64,000 nt of DNA from an uncultured Pelagibacteraceae bacterium (GTDB taxonomy: Bacteria; Pseudomonadota; Alphaproteobacteria; Pelagibacterales; Pelagibacteraceae), in contig CACBHL010000001.1 of the NCBI GenBank assembly GCA_902539035.1, positions 30,144 through 94,143 on the forward strand, read 5' to 3'. The position numbers and the translations under genes are program-made. Each line of letters opens with the position of its first letter. Position 1 is the stretch's first letter. The notes beneath the pieces were generated by a model, which saw nothing but the letters and a program-made list of their open reading frames with translations, was not told the DNA's origin and made no database searches. This document shows positions 62,364 through 64,000 of the stretch, in pieces.

Positions 62364-62802
62364 CTATCTTGTCCACGAATTGAACAAAGTCTTGTTCTTC
62401 TCTGAAGTTACGATAAACAGATGCAAAACGGACATAAGCAACAGGATCTAATTCTTTTAAACCCTCCATTACCATTGTACCAATTGTACTTGTTGAAATT
62501 TCACTTTGACCAAGTTCTTCTAAAGCTCTTGAAATTTTACTGATAAATTTTTCAGCAGTACCAGTATCAATAGGTCTTTTTTTAAGAGCAATGTAGATTG
62601 ATTTAGAAAGTTTATCTCTATCAAATGCAGATTTTCTCCCATTCTTTTTGACTACCATTAGTTCTCTGAATTGAATTCTTTCAAATGTGGTAAATCTTTC
62701 ACCACATACACACATTCTTCTTCTTCTTATTGCTGTACCATCTTCAGTAGGACGTGAGTCAACAACCGAGGTCTCGCCTTTTTTTTCGCAGGGGCAAATC
62801 AT
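62344..62802 (-). CDS. nrdR: Transcriptional repressor NrdR
   Basis: VVDSR, IRRRR, RFTTFE, ATP cone, AYVRFASVY. Confidence 0.95.
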   Translation of the reverse strand: MICPCEKKGETSVVDSRPTEDGTAIRRRRMCVCGERFTTFERIQFRELMVVKKNGRKSAFDRDKLSKSIYIALKKRPIDTGTAEKFISKISRALEELGQSEISTSTIGTMVMEGLKELDPVAYVRFASVYRNFREEQDFVQFVDKIDVFKKK

Positions 62803-62805
62803 TAA

Positions 62806-64000
62806 TTAAAGATTCTTATATATCGGAAATGAAGAAGTTAAAGTAATAACTTCATTTCTCACTTCTTCTTCTATTTTACTGTTGTCATCTGGATTTTCTG
62901 ATAATCCTTTAAGTGTTTTTGTAATCAATTCGCCCACTTTCTTACATTCATTTAAACCAAAACCACGTGTTGTAATAGCTTGAGTTCCTAGTCTTATACC
63001 AGATGTTACCATTGGCTTTTCTGTATCAAAAGGAATACCATTTTTATTACACGTAATATTAGCTCTTGATAAGCTTTCAGCAGCTAAGTTACCTTTTACA
63101 TTGTAAGGACGTAAGTCAACCAACATTAGATGAGTATCCGTACCATCAGAATAAATTTTAAAACCATTATTTTTTAAAGTTTCTGCTAAAATTTTTGCGT
63201 TTGCTAAAACAGATTTAATATAGTCTTGAAAGTCAGGCTGAAGAGCTTCTAAAAAACCAGCTGCTTTAGCTGCAATGACATGCATTAATGGGCCACCCTG
63301 ATAACCAGGAAAAACTGCTGTGTTAAATTTTTTTGATAATTCTTCGTGATTAGTTAAAATTATTCCACCTCTAGCACTTCTAAAGACCTTGTGCGTAGTA
63401 GATGTAACTACATGAGCATAGTCACAAGGATTTGGATATCCTTTTCCAGCAACCAATCCTGAAAAATGTGCCATATCAACCATTAAATAAGCTCCAACTT
63501 TATCTGCAATTTCTCTAAATCTTTTAAAATCTATAACTCTGGAATATGCACTCCCACCTGCAATTATCAATTTTGGTTTATGTTCTAAAGCAAGTTTTTC
63601 TACATTATCATAATCTATAAGTTCAGATTTTTTATCAACATCATACCCTATTGGATTAAACCATTTTCCTGACATTGAAATTTTTAAACCATGAGTAATA
63701 TGACCTCCCGAATTTAAACTCATGCCCATAAAAGTATCACCAGGTTTTAAAAGTGCCAAAAATACAGCACCATTCGCTTGTGCTCCTGAGTGTGGCTGCG
63801 CATTAGCAAATTTACAATTGAAAAGTTTTTTTAATCTTTCTATTGCTAAGTTTTCAGCAACGTCAACATGTTCACAACCATTATAATATCTTTTACCGGG
63901 GTAACCTTCTGCGTATTTATTTGTTAGCACTGAACCTTGGGCCTCCAAAACAGCTTGAGAAACAATATTCTCTGAAGCAATTAATTCTATATGTTGTTGC
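62806..64000 (-). CDS. glyA: Serine hydroxymethyltransferase, 5' truncated by window edge
   Basis: Frame open to window end ([11 protein letters not shown]); [18 protein letters not shown]. Confidence 0.97.
   Translation of the reverse strand, partial: QQHIELIASENIVSQAVLEAQGSVLTNKYAEGYPGKRYYNGCEHVDVAENLAIERLKKLFNCKFANAQPHSGAQANGAVFLALLKPGDTFMGMSLNSGGHITHGLKISMSGKWFNPIGYDVDKKSELIDYDNVEKLALEHKPKLIIAGGSAYSRVIDFKRFREIADKVGAYLMVDMAHFSGLVAGKGYPNPCDYAHVVTSTTHKVFRSARGGIILTNHEELSKKFNTAVFPGYQGGPLMHVIAAKAAGFLEALQPDFQDYIKSVLANAKILAETLKNNGFKIYSDGTDTHLMLVDLRPYNVKGNLAAESLSRANITCNKNGIPFDTEKPMVTSGIRLGTQAITTRGFGLNECKKVGELITKTLKGLSENPDDNSKIEEEVRNEVITLTSSFPIYKNL

Overview
This is a very AT-rich, highly streamlined alphaproteobacterial chromosome segment. 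Gene content, overlapping genes, tiny spacers and a SAM-V riboswitch point to Pelagibacteraceae (SAR11). It holds about 75 mostly housekeeping CDS, 4 tRNAs (Lys-TTT, Ser-TGA, Pro-TGG, Glu-TTC) and a tandem SAM-II-like/SAM-V riboswitch before metY. Gene orientation flips near 44 kb: 39 plus versus 10 minus CDS to the left, 3 plus versus 23 minus to the right. This convergence is the pattern expected at a replication terminus. At that point sits a lone Cre-like tyrosine recombinase (42546-43502). Immediately upstream of it is a lox-like site (15-bp inverted arms around a 7-bp asymmetric core, 43506-43542) that overlaps its putative promoter, and a 534-bp gene-free tract follows nearby. This recombinase plus site is the best candidate for an undescribed system, possibly a single-recombinase chromosome-dimer-resolution module. 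Other oddities are divergent genes sharing one CATG for both start codons, an apparent in-frame deletion in hom, loss of zinc ligands in Tgt and other proteins, and a small SPOR-less protein at the ftsN position. All product calls come from motif recognition and recalled synteny; no database searches were run.
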